DNA of 63,071 nucleotides, counting the filler, from Lenisia limosa (taxonomy: Eukaryota > Protista > Breviatea), in NCBI GenBank assembly GCA_001655205.1. It is 7 parts of 7 records of this genome, joined end to end, with 100 filler letters (N's around TTAATTAATTAA, not from the genome) between each part and the next. Parts side by side here need not be neighbours in the genome. Positions count along the whole stretch, not along the records: positions 1 to 27,307 come from LPNZ01011260.1; 6 more parts are not named here. One strand, given 5' to 3'. The position numbers and the translations under genes were made by a program. Under the pieces are notes generated by a model. The model saw only the letters and a list, made by a program, of their open reading frames with translations, did no database searches and was not told where the DNA came from. Shown here piece by piece: positions 1 to 12,597 of the stretch (positions are counted from its first letter, which is position 1; the number at the start of each line of letters is the position of its first letter).

Positions 1-230
1 ACATACATTCTACATTCTAGCGGAAGACATAGCTATACTAAGGTTATTATAAATATAAACAAGTTAGGAGGTATGCACATATATATTCTAGCGAAAGATA
101 TCTTTATTTCTCATTGATATTAAAAATATGATATATGATATATGTATCATATATTATATGTATAGTATATGAAATGTACCTATTAGGGTAAGGAAACCCC
201 CAACATTCCCATTTTTCCTCACCTGCCCAG

Positions 231-2024
231 GTCTGACGAATTCAACTTCTACAGTGCTGGAGTAGAGAAGTCTATTGTACATCCGTTTGCAATCAAGGTT
301 GGAGTTTGCAATCAAGGTTGCTTTTTCTTAGAGTTTCTTGTTCGGCTCCAATTCGACATCATGTGACTGTAACGAAGCCCTTTTCATTTCATTTCCTATG
401 TGAAAGATATGCATTATACTTCGTTCACTTTTCCTGTTATTCTATTTATCCTTTAGGCTATGGCCGAAATTGGTATCGACATTTCCGGTTTGTGAGGGTG
501 GATATACAAAATGAATTCCAAACAGTTAGAGAACGACTGGGAAAATAACGATATGTATCGAGGATTTATCGAATTCCTGGGACCAAAACGAAACTAGTCA
601 TAACACGGATATTGAGTTTTATTCTTGTCATTCATGTGATTAGCGCGGTCAGTTTAATATATGATATATTGAGCTGAGAAATTAGGTGGGATATGTAGTA
701 GGAAGAGTAGAGAAGAGAAATAAAACAAGGTGGTATCTGACCGAAGCCGTCCACACCATCATGCTGATAAGAGATATTGGTTATATATTATATAGCAATG
801 AGAAATATCGGATTATAGTGTAAGCAATATTTTCAGATGGATAGATGTCTCTTCATATACTGAATCAGCCTTTCTGTTATTCACAACAGGGCAAGAATCC
901 AAGCACATAGACTCTCTCTCACATGTTCCGCTGGATCTTGTGATCTCGGTGTGTGGAAACGCGGAGGAGAAGTGCCCAATTCTACCAGGGTCTTGTAAGG
1001 TTTGAAGACGAAGATTAACTTCTTTGTTTTCGCTCAGGTGCTCATGATAGGATAAACACTCAATTTGAATTTCATCAAAGCTTTTTGCTATTACGTTGAT
1101 AATACTGATCCTGTAACCCCCCCCCCNNNNNNNNNNNNNNNNNNNNNNNNNNNNNNNNNNNNNNNNNNNNTCTTCTGAAACTTCACAACTATTTCCTTGA
1201 AGTGCTTTTGACTAACCCCAGACATCTAAATTTCGTCAAAATATTAATATCTATCAAGGATTTGTTGATAAACGTTGTCTTTTTGGGGACTCTATGGAAG
1301 CCCGGATAATTATTTGTGACCGTTGTAGAGAGCACATGTTCCTTTCAGAGATCCTCCTATTCTTTGCCCCCCAGGTTTGTATTATTTAAATGATTTATAT
1401 TCAGCACATCTGAATATTTCAGACATTTTTTCTTGAGAATGAATTGGAAGAAACCAGGACCAAAAATGGTTCCATTATTATTGATTGCATTCGTGCTTTT
1501 CTCTATGAATGGGTTCTGCTTGGACAATGTTTAACCGACGGTACTTTGAAAACTGGGTTGGCTTATCATGCGAGATCGGAATTTTCACTGGTGAGACACC
1601 CAAGACAATTGATGGTTTTAAAGACTACTGAGCCAGGTATTAACATCTCAAGATGCACTATGATATCATATACGAAACCTTTAGAAACTCACATTGGTTG
1701 AAAGCGATCAGATAATGAGGTGATCTTGTTACTAATGTCATGCTGGATTTTTTGTGCTACTTCTTTGGTTCCATATCGCACACATAAAGGACCGTCTAAA
1801 AACTATTTCTTTATGGCAGGGAAATTATTAATATCCAGCCCGTGCCACATTCCACCTCCTGGAGATAGGCCGGTCCTTGTCTTAGCAGTTTCCATTCACT
1901 TTTTTCTGAGATTGTTTTATTTTTATTTCTCTTAGGATGTTCCCAAGAAATGGCTCTCAAGGCATTTGGCACCGTCAGAGACGATATCAAGACAATGATT
2001 GAGCACATCGAGGACTATTTGTAA
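231..2024 (+). CDS. arsC: Arsenate reductase ArsC / LMW-PTP-fold protein, spliced; 5' end incomplete and one exon probably in the N gap
   Basis: Exon 231-297 reads SDEFNFYSAGVEKSIVHPFAIK. Exon ~890-997 reads GQESKHIDSLSHVPLDLVISVCGNAEEKCPILPGSCK. Last exon 1936-2024 reads GCSQEMALKAFGTVRDDIKTMIEHIEDYL*. These match the thioredoxin-type ArsC motifs SAG...V.P.A, D.VITVC..A.E.CP and F..VRD.I. The CTGNSCRS P-loop was not found in the window. Confidence 0.8.
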
Positions 2025-2522
2025 ATCTCAGCAGTTTCTACCCACTTTCCTCCCATGTTTGTATTAGTATTATTGGAGTTTATAGATGTGCACACATGCT
2101 TGACTATGTTGATTCGTGAGAGAAACTTGCAGTTTTACACTCCGGGTTATAGGGTAACGATTTATTTTATGGACTTGGGGTACAGACTTTGACCACCAAA
2201 ATCATTGACTTGGGTATCGGTTAAGATGACGTATGAATCCTGCTGCTTTAAACGGGTTTGGGATGCGACTGTTCAAAAAAAGCTGATTTCTCAAAAAGTA
2301 CTCGATAAATCCCAATTTCGACTTTTAGAGCTGATGTTTAGTGAAGCGAAATGATACCGTCAACTTTTCATGGCTCCAGCCCACATTATTGATATTTTCC
2401 CACCAACCTAGCACCGAATGAAAAAAATACAACCATCTCATCAATCACTCAAAACGGTACCAAGATACAAAATTAGCCAAAAATTCACAAAAACAAAACA
2501 AAAATGCTGGAATGGTACAGGT

Positions 2523-5500
2523 CTATAATCTGCAAGCGTTCTCTATCTCTTGTGGTGTTCTGATTAATAAGTGGAAGCGTGGGAAACCAACTATACACGT
2601 GTTTAATCCCCAAAATAATACAAGTTTCAATATTCCACCGCCACCTTAGACATACCTCCCTCCCCACCTTGGACACAAATCGGTCAAAACTACAGGGTCC
2701 CCCTCAGTAACCACCGCGTCGTCTTCAGTTCGAATAGCTATTCCGTGGAATCTGTGGATATTAGCATGGCCTGTTCAAAAAGGGATTTTTCGTGAATGTG
2801 TCACATGACATACAAAAAGTTGGTTGTGTAGATGCGTAGGTGAACTCTACTACTATTGTCTTAGAGCAAGAAAAGAAAAGTGATCTAGGAAGCATGGGAA
2901 TTTGTTATTATGTATCTCCATGTATATCTTTCCCAGATTTTTACTGCATATTAGGGATCGAACCAACCTTTCGGGAATTTCAGGAATTGCGGGGAAATAT
3001 AGGCCTGGTTCAATTGTTACAACCGAGCCCTAATCGTTACAAACGCAAATAAAAAGATATTTGACAAATAATATATGATATGGATATTTGTCTTGAAAGA
3101 ATACCAGATTACAATAAGAAGAAAAGTTTGAATGGTCGTTGATCAAAATGATCTCACATTATATCAAGCAAGAATAATAATGATTGGAAATAAATATTTT
3201 GTTTTGAAAGCATCTAGGTATCATTGTCATATTATATGTAGCGCCATTTTGGCTGGATAGGGATATGTCATTTGTAGGATATACATACATGTATATATAT
3301 ATCATATCTGATGATATGGAGGGGGTAGTGGGAAGGATTGAGGCCTAAGAATGAATACTAGCATATTCAAATGTAATGCTCATGAAAATAAGGCGGTAAA
3401 TCATCGAAAACTATCGATTTGTTACCGGTATTTTTCGGACCAAAGTGAATTCCTAGTTGAAGCAGACCTCTTTGAGAGTTGCAGCTACTCCGACAGACTG
3501 AGTATCATGAACGTCCATTCCGATGTAGTGTGAGACAGCATGCGGCAGAATCGTATTCAACACCTGTTTTGTTAACTAGAGAATTTGCTGGTACGTATTT
3601 TGCATTTTATTACAATAGTTAAGAGATGGCAATACTTCATAGTTAATAATGCTAAAATCACAAACACCCCTGGTTATCTAAATCAGTTTCCATAATAAGG
3701 CTACATAGATAACATATTGATATACTACTGGTGTTTGTCGAACCAGTAGCGAACCATAAGCGCTACCAGGATAAGTCTTGACCGATTTGCAATGTGATTT
3801 CTCAAGGAAAATAATTCAAGACTTATCCCGGTCACTGAAAAATCTACGTCTCACTCCCTCAAACCTCCACTCCTCCAATAGTATTAAGGTCTCGCTTCTT
3901 CAAAACACCCAACTCAACAGCCACTTGTCGCAGTTTCTAAACAGGAAATGGAGGGTTTTAAGAATGGGTATGAAAATCTTTTGATTTGAATGAAGGAACC
4001 GAAAGTGAATGGATAGTAAATGGGGGAAGTTGAAAAATACGAAGCATAATATAGTATCCCCAGGTTATTATATGATCTTGCTCCCAATAATGTTCAGCCC
4101 ACATCATTACAGGCCAGTTGAAGAGTAGTTAGTGACGTTTTTCCGTCGGCTTTCACATGCTAAGGGGGAGTAAAAATGGAACATTTAACAAAATAAAGCC
4201 CAAAATAAATTCTCTGGTATCAACTCACAAGGGTTGAAAACAACAAAACAAAGCCTAGGCTAGTTGCTTCTGCAGCACCGTGCTCCTTGTGACACATAAT
4301 GTAGTCCCCCTAATTCTATATCATATCATATATAGAGCCTCCATCTTGTCCCTCGCACTTTCATAACATGGTTCTGTAGCTCTATAACTGCTTCGGATAC
4401 TTCAAGTTGTACAGGGCTGAACTGTCCATTTACCGGCCTAGTCACAGTTAGTAGAGCTCCGGGCAAAAACTTTTTGGAGGTAATTAATTGACAAATTTTG
4501 AAATTTAGTGTCTGAGATGGCGTTTTGGTTACACTCCGGTAGGAAGAAGAGCTGTAAACTATCAAAATATATCGATGATTGTTCGAGAAATGCAGTCATT
4601 TTCTGGATCGGAGTGAAGCCTTAGATATTATATATAGCAATGAGAAATAAAAAATAAGGATGTACCCGGCCGAAGCCGTAAACACCATCACGATTATAAG
4701 AGATATTGGATTATAGTATAATACTAATTCACCCAATCATTTGCCTGACAACTCTATGCACACAGCTTTCTGCGTGCCTCCCCAGTACCCCAATCAAAAA
4801 TCCATACGAGATCCGTACCCCAACCAAAACCACATCAATACCCCTCTCCCACCAGGTTCTTGAGATATCGGAAGCGTAGTGCGCCAGTTCCGCCCCGGCA
4901 TCAACCAGCACACAGTCTCCATCGTTGATAGCCTTGGTGGTGAAACAATACTCTCTTCTAAGTGTTACTAATGTATACATTTTTATATTTGGTCATCCAC
5001 AATATACATATGATATACTCTAGTAGGTAGTAAACCTCACACTTGTTCATCCACAATAAACATACTCTAGTAGATAGTAAACATCACACCTGCTCATCCA
5101 CAATATACATATACTCTTGTAGATAATAAACCTCACACCTGGTCATCCACAATATAGTGGATCGTGACCCCACGGGGCCCTCCAGCAACAACCGACGGGT
5201 AGGCCATACGATCTGCCCCCCGTCTGGTCGCCTCAAATGTCAGCCTCGATGAGATGGAGTGCTCATAAACAGCTGCGAGTAAATTAAGGGACGTGAATAT
5301 CAAAACCTGAATCTTAGTTTAATACAATATAGAGTAAATGTATTTATTATATTGAACACAGAGGGATGGAAAATATAAAAAAAAAACAAGGTTGTATCGG
5401 GCAGAAGCATCACACTTATAGTAGATATTGGATAGCAGCTTTCTGCATGCTTCCTCGATATAGAATAGATGGTGGTTTTAAGATTAATTTAGCAAGAAAG

Positions 5501-7931
5501 ATTGGATAAACAAACTATCAGAAGATATGTATGAGAGCAGAAATGATGGTAACTATCCAAATACCATCTAATTGTGGTGTCTCTGCCATTGCCGCCATAA
5601 ACGCTGCACTAGTTACATCAGCGGCCCATTTCATGCAATTCAGCTCCGCGGGAGACTTGACATGTCTTTGACGCTCAATAGTTGCCTTATAGGGAAGGGC
5701 TTTAAAGTTAAAATAGATATATTTGCCGTAAATGGAAGGGCTATAATAAGGGTTTAATATTGTTAATATATAAAGTGGTACCTATACGAAAAGGGAGAAC
5801 TCTATATTGAAATCCAATATATTTTGCCTAAACTACAAAACATATGATATGATATTCTCTATAAACCTACCTTTTATCCCCGAATTCTTCAGGACCGTGT
5901 CCATAAGCGGCAAAATCCCTTCTTCTGAATAAACCTTTGTTCCTCTCTAAAGCGATAAATTATCCAACTGTGACAATCAATGAAGAAAATGTAAACTATT
6001 CTCTCTGTAGTATGCTGGAAGGCACGCAGAAAGGTGCATACATAGTTGTAAGGCAAATGATTCGGTAACACAAGTGTGATGGTGTGCACAGCTTCAGCCA
6101 GAAACAATCTTGATATGGTATGATGTAATTTTGGATCCTGGTGATCTCACCTTCACCTTCTTTGAGAGCACTTGGCGTAATGAATCAGAAGACATCTCAA
6201 TTGCCTAATTTGGATGAATACAGTGCTTCAATTTGGTTCAAAATAACATGGGAAACAAATCACGCATATCCCCCCAGCATTATCCGAAGTGAACTACACA
6301 ACAGCTCCCCCTCACATCCTCAATCCTGAATATATTATACCCCACCACCTTTTTGTCTTCAAGTATCTCTCCCCCCTCACATCATCACAGTTGAATATAT
6401 CTAGTGCTGCTAGGCCGGTTCTAGGACCATCCCAGAGTTCCCTACTGAGTCAATTTGCTGAAAGTAAAGCTCGTGTAATAAAATGGTTGACAACACACAC
6501 GTATTATATGATACCTTGACAATTCGTAATCAAAGCAATTACTTTTTTTGAGTAAAATAACAAATTGACAAAATTTGAAAATAAAACGTCTCAGAGGGAG
6601 TTTTCGCTACACTAGGTCCCACTTCAAAATTCAAAATTAATGTCTCAATTAATTGTTCGGCCTATACAACAAAACCGAAATAAAGAAAGAGGCAAAATCT
6701 ATTTGAGAATATCTGAAAATTATACCATTGAGAACCCCCAAATAATACAGAATATTACAAAACACCTACTCACTTTTTTTCATCCTTGGGTGGAACCAAC
6801 AACGTATAATTGATATTTCCGTTTTGCTTTTCTAAACAATATAAATTCATGAAAGGACATACGAGCTCTGGTGAAGTAAATATTGAATTCAAAACTCCGC
6901 CACCCTACGGAGCACAGCGCATGACTGTGGCTCTGCAAACGCCGTTAAATACATGAAGTTGGTACCCGGGCGGTATTTGAAAGGAATGTCATTTGTAATG
7001 TATCTTGTGGGATACGTCGGAACAACTGCCACTACGTCGTCGCCTTCGAGGCTGTTCATGAAGGTCTAGGGATAGTTATGATATGATAGTACAGTTCAAT
7101 GAAGGTCTAAAGAAATGAATGATAGTGATTATTCCATGAATGCTTAAAGTTAGATATGAGCACAGTTCTACGACGATCTCAGGATAGAAATAAATCATAG
7201 TGCTATAAATGTTTGAAAGATGTTTACATGATCAAGACAGGAATCTCTGGGCTCGTTTATCTCGGAAAATATCGACATTTAAAAATAAAAAAAAAAATCA
7301 GTTAATTTGGGGATGTAAAAAATCACCAATAATCTACAAACCTCCCGTCTTGAAGCGAATTCAACAGCTTTGATTCCGGGTGTTACTACAAAGGTGTAAC
7401 ACTGGTGCGTTTGTAGTATTATAAAATTAGAACAAAGCCGCCATCAACATACCCTGATAAAAAGCTCAGTATCCGTTTCATAACTTAATAAGTTATGAAA
7501 CGGATACTGAGCTTTTTATCGAGCCAATCGTGACAGGACTTATTTCCGGTCAGTCATACGATATCAATCCCCAGATTCATAATACTATTCGAAGAGCTGA
7601 AACTATCTTTTTACTCTGATGTAAATATTACTGGATTGGTTTTGCTTGGCATGTCAGGTATTTGACCTAATCAAAACCGCCACCAACATTCCTCCATTGA
7701 TGTGAACATGTGCGGATGGCTGCTTGGAAGGGGCTGAAAAGTGAATGATGTGGAAGTGGCTGGGAGTAGATGATGCGGAAGGGCCAGGGACGAGAAGATG
7801 ACGTGAAAGGGCAAGATTAGTTCATTCAACAAACTTGAACACACCTGTCCGAAAGTGGCCAGTCCTCTTGACAGCAATCTCAGAAGTGGAGCTGCTGTCG
7901 GCGCCAATCGGAGAGGAAGCTGAGCAAGCAT
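2523..7931 (-). CDS. XPNPEP3: Mitochondrial Xaa-Pro aminopeptidase (Icp55/XPNPEP3-like, peptidase M24B), multi-exon
   Basis: The N-terminus MLAQLPLRLAPTAAPLLRLLSRGLATF looks like a presequence. Exons give NDIPFKYRPGTNFMYLTAFAEP, ELWDGPRTG, HVKSPAELNCMKWAADVT, AYPSVVAGGPRGVTIHY, VLVDAGAELAHYASDISRTWPVNGQFS, PHAVSHYIGMDVHD, VVTIEPGLYFP and GIAIRTEDDAVVT, ending PRTPQEIENACRL* (TAG 2523-2525). Confidence 0.93.
4627..4790 (+). repeat. Dispersed intronic repeat (SINE-like or non-autonomous element)
   Basis: The motif tatagcaatgagaaataaaa..aaggtgtatctggccgaagccgtaaacaccatca..ataagagatattgg also occurs at ~716-815, 5375-5430 and 34461-34497. It is often followed by cacagctttctgcgtgcctcccca (4762, 5437, 32808; inverted at ~6011). 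Confidence 0.6.
4991..5154 (-). repeat. Tandem repeat, 4 copies of 47-54 bp, containing the Icp55 exon end and splice donor
   Basis: The unit core TATTGTGGATGA(C/G/A)CA(G/A) starts at 4991, 5045, 5092 and 5141 on the + strand; GTGTGA follows in three of the four copies. Confidence 0.85.
7456..7520. repeat. Perfect 32-bp inverted repeat with a 1-nt spacer
   Basis: gataaaaagctcagtatccgtttcataactta-a-taagttatgaaacggatactgagctttttatc, inside an Icp55 intron. Confidence 0.95.
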
Positions 7932-8333
7932 TTTCGGACAGTATCTCTAAATCTTGATAACCCTGGAAATCAGACGATGGGGGNNNNNNNNNNNNNNNNN
8001 NNNNNNNNNNNNNNNNNNNNNNNNNNNNNNNNNNNNNNNNNNNNNNNNNNNNNNNNNNNNNNNNNNNNNNNNNNNNNNNCAACAATGAACTTGATACCTG
8101 ATATACTCAAGAGAATTTAAAAATATACCCAAGATCACCAAGATCCGGACATCCTGTACCAGGGGCTCCGAGCGACATGTCAAACTCAAGGGGAGTGGGG
8201 AGTGGGGGTCCAGAGTGGAAACAATCAAAGAAGAAAAAAAAAAGCGACTATATTAGAGTAAAGTTTTAAAAAGACAGAAGCAAGGGTGAAAGAAAAGGTC
8301 TTTTTCCATTTTCGGCACTCTTTGATCAACATT

Positions 8334-11300
8334 ATGCCAAGAATAGTCATGTTCCTGCTGTGGGTGCCTTTCCTCTGCTTTGCGGCTGAAATGACGTGGG
8401 GGGGGGGAGGTCATCATCTCTCATCATGGTTATGTTTGTACTGACATTCCCTTGGTTATACTATCCCTCAATTCATGGACTCTTATTCTTCTTTTGGTGT
8501 TGGGGGCGGGGGTAATAAGAGTCTAAAAATAATTCATCCAACGATATTATTCCTGAAAGGTTCAGAGTGGAATAAGTGAACTGCATGGAGCATTCCCCTT
8601 TTCACTCGCCCTCTCCTTACTCACTCTCATCCATCCGTAATATTTTTCATGACCAAACTGACTGAAAATACCAGCATCTAACAATAAATATGGAAATGGT
8701 TGTTTTGGGGAAAGAATTTATCGACATGAAATATCTAGGGGAGTGATAGGATGCTTTTATTGTGTTGTAGTTTTATGATTTATTATGTTGTAGTTTTTAA
8801 TAGTTCATTGTGTAGGCTCCCCGAGGGTACAGTAGCACCGGTGCCGTTAACCGCCAATGGTGTTGCAAACAAGGCCTATGTCGACAGTTCCGTTTCGGTA
8901 AGGTTGCTTGTAAGGCCACCCTATGGTCCAGATAAGACAGGTAATATCGATATCTATTGAGGATTTGTCAAGACATTCAGTCTTTTTTCGGACCGTAGGG
9001 AAGCCCTAGCTGTATGAGAAATATGAAAATACTCATGAGTTGCAGAGAAAATATCTGGGTGAATTCATTCATTATTATATCCATGAATATACGCCTGAAA
9101 ATCTCTAAGTGAAGCCCCATGTTACATATATCCTATCTGAGTGTGCCACCGTCACTGTATCATTTATATGTATCACTGTTTATTATTCAAATCTCTATCG
9201 ATGCTTGCATTAATGTAATGGTGTCGTTTGAGACGATATACCATTTCTCTCTGACTTTGTTCAGCGTCAATTTTGGATCCCAAAATGAGTGGTTCTCAAT
9301 AAAATCTTCAATGAATATCGATATGATTTAGCAGTCTTTGAGAACCCAAAATGAAGCTCTACGGTGCTCTAATAATCATGGACTCCAAACTAATCCAGTA
9401 GACCTGTGCCACACAAGCAGAAGTTGATGATCTTCGTGCTCAGGTCGGTTGGTGTGAAAACAAGCGCTTTTTTGTAAGCGCTTCACTTTCGGTGTTCCTA
9501 GACTGAATTCTCGTTCATCTCCGGTAACTATTTTTGGAACCTCTTTTTTTGTGTTGGTTTGTTTAAGGCTTCCTTAGGGCATAGAAAGGACTGAGCTTCA
9601 CTTTAAATCCCCGATAGTTATCTTCCCCTCCCGAAATACAAGTTTTTTCATTAGTTGTCATCATCCACATTCTCTTTACACCCAACCGATCATGACTGTT
9701 ATACATGTTCTCTAATTTCGTAGTTAAACGTTTTGATCAAGGCGCAGATTGTAAGTTGGGTTGGACGATTCTTGAATATTTCCCCGAAATGATTGAAATT
9801 ACCAAACCCTACCCCTGTCAGAGACATATGTACATATACATACATATATACTACATGTAGCTATATCATATATATATATATATATTATATATAAATATGA
9901 TGGAATCGGAAAGGAAGAAACTTAATCTAAAAAAAAGGATATTTTCTCAAGGAGCATTGCGCACAAGTGACTTATCTCATGCACTGTGTTTGTTCAAATG
10001 TTGTAGACCATAATACTAGGGCTTTACTTCGATCCAGAAAATGACTAAATTGCTCGATAAATCATCAATATATAGTTTGACAACTTGCCGATCTTTTTTA
10101 TATTGGAGTGAAGCCCTGTGTAATACTGTTACAAATGAGTAGATATTTTTTGAGGTTCCCTTTGCTTACGTTGACAGAAAAGCTGTGAAGACCGGGCACT
10201 GCTTTACCCTGGTTTGTATTTGTGCTTTTGCAATGATGGATAACCCCTTGATGAACCCAGTAAAATTGAGATATTTTCTTTATTTTTTGGGATAACAGTA
10301 TTTTATCATTGTATCAACATACTGAACTAACCATCTTTGCTTTGGTTTCTCAGAATTTTCCCTTTTCATCGCTTCCGCCTGACCCAAATATAGATATGAC
10401 CGATGGGATCTACAATATCACCGTCAACAACGTGGGTGCTCCTGGGTTGTTTTGTTGAGATTAAGCTGCAATATTCATAACATTCGCTGTACAAACACAT
10501 TTTTGGCGCTTTTTAAAGATCTTCGAGTTTTCAGGGAGGGGGAGGGGGTCAACACTTAATATACTGTTTACCAGAGGGGGGTTTGTACAAAATAATTATT
10601 GGTTTGTATGATCGCATGGTGTCCCTCTGTATTTTCTTTTTTACCAATTTTTTTTTTTAATATGGTAGATATCGATTCTATTTCTCGCACAAAATTTAAA
10701 TGCCCACGCTTATATTTCTAGAATTTCGTTGAGGGATACTGTGAGAAGTTTGACGGCCAATGGTGGCTTGTCATTCTCAACTACTATCACATTGCTAACG
10801 GTGCTGAGGTTGATCTGGTTAGGGGGTGGGGGGTATGGAAAGGATAGTACTTTGAGGAGAGGGGAGGAGCGTATTTCTGTGAATGTTGTTCTTTGTGTAC
10901 AGTCAACCGCCGGATCTCTATGATCCTAGTTTCAACTTTAGTGCAAAAAAGTACACACAAGAGTGGTGTGAGGAGGGGCAAAGATGACTTGGTGTGTGAC
11001 CAAGGCAACTTTACTCATTGTCATCAGCAGAATGTGAAAATCACCGATTTGACTGTTTAGAATTTCTTGACGGCGTCCCTCCCGCAGTACTCACCACATG
11101 CCTTGCTGACCACCCCCCGCAACATTGGTGAGTTGATAATTCAATCTGGATGGGTGTGACGGTTTTTATTATAAGCTTATTTTGCTAATATTGGTCTTTT
11201 TTGAAATATATAATGTTATACATATGATATGTATATTATATCATATATGATATATACTGTTATCATACAGTATATGCATATATTTTTGATGTCTTTAATA

Positions 11301-11621
11301 TGCGTAATGCTGTTTTATCTCCATGTCTTTATTTCATTTTCATCTCCCCAGTCTTTTTGAATTCTGATGATTTTTATTTTTCTTCAAAAAAACAAAACAG
11401 AAAAACTGGGCTAAACAATGATGGAATGATAACCTGTTCTCCGCGCTTGAGATACGGCAGTCAAAAGAATGCACTCTATATGATATAATCTACGACTTCT
11501 GGGGGTTGCTAAACCCGCACTTAAACACCCGGAGACCGGGTGGGCAAACACAGAGATGGGCGATGCATCATTGAGATTTTATAATTACTCAAAAAGAAGA
11601 TGGGTTGCCATTCCAACCTAA
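8334..11621 (+). CDS. Secreted protein with a possible fibrinogen-C-like domain, multi-exon (partial model)
   Basis: Signal peptide MPRIVMFLLWVPFLCFAAEM. Exons include LPEGTVAPVPLTANGVANKAYVDSSVS, TCATQAEVDDLRAQ, DMTDGIYNITVNN, GYCEKFDGQWWLVILNYYHIANGAE, QPPDLYDPSFNFSAKKYTQEW and a last exon YDFWGLLNPHLNTPETGWANTEMGDASLRFYNYSKRRWVAIPT*. Confidence 0.55.
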
Positions 11622-11786
11622 AGGGTCATAAGACAAAGAAGTCCTTTGCAATACTAAAAAACTCCCGGGAAGGGGGGGGGGGNNNNNNNNNNNNNNNNNN
11701 NNNNNNNNNNNNNNNNNNNNNNNNNNNNNNNNNNNNNNNNNNNNNNNNNNNNNNNNNNNNNNNNNNNNTGGAAGTATATGTTTTTT

Positions 11787-12597
11787 TTAGCAGCACGTGC
11801 AAAATGAGAAAAGTGACGCTAATAGCTCTGAAGTACTCTTTATTACAACCAACACCACAGATAGCAGCGAACCTTCAGAAAGTGCGGATGTCTTGCAAGA
11901 AGGCTCAACACCTTGGCGTTTAACAGGGAGTGCGTAGCTGGCTTCAGCTTGATGGAAATGGTGGAAGACCTTATCCGTCATATCGACGGGCGGCATTTCA
12001 ATGAAGGCTCCAGGAGCACGCCATGTAAACCTAAATCGGTATCATAGGTTGAAACCGATACAATAAAAATTACGCTGATAGCAACATTTTTTTTATTATT
12101 TCTTAATCACTGCTAAGCTTGGGTAAAAGAAGGAAATTGAGATAATTAAGGATAGCAAAAGAGGGGAGTCGTTTTAAGTGAACTAGTTTTTGAGATCTCA
12201 CGTACATTACCAAAGTTTACGTTGTACACGAGGGTGGTCTTCCTAACACTTCGCGCACTGATGGCGGAATGAACCGTTGCTACGCCTTGAATGTAAAAAT
12301 TCAATGCTAAGATAATCAAAGACACAATCACTGCCACAGTAGAGGTTGTAAGATGCTGTGGTACTTGAGTTTGGTGTTGATGACACGCATTAGGTGTTTC
12401 TGGGCTTGGTAAACTGCGAAAGTGAGTACTTCCTGCTGTTCATCTTCGCCAGCGTGTCCTTAACCACGGGGTGGCTCTCCTTGAGCTCCGTCTTGGGAAT
12501 GACGCTGCAGAGCCCTCTTGCAGCCACATCATCCTGCTCCTCGGCCTCTAAGGCGTTGCATATTCCATCAATTTCATTTACGACCGCAGCCGCCTGA
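11787..12597 (-). CDS. Exons of an uncharacterised protein; may extend upstream to ~14.8 kb
   Basis: Codon-biased exons AAVVNEIDGICNALEAEEQDDVAARGLCSVIPKTELKESHPVVKDTLAKM and (W)FTWRAPGAFIEMPPVDMTDKVFHHFHQAEASYALPVKRQG with AG acceptors. The internal splicing could not be resolved. Confidence 0.4.

Noticed and set aside
1444-1935. ORFs 1444-1701 and 1720-1935, and a protein-like frame with many stops (possible alternative genetic code)
   Set aside because: The region lies inside an arsC intron and the stops are of all three types. Confident genes end at TAA or TAG and need no reassignment.
12419-12434. Possible 16-nt intron (gtactcactttcgcag on the minus strand)
   Set aside because: Several alternative splice solutions exist and nothing favours this one without transcripts.
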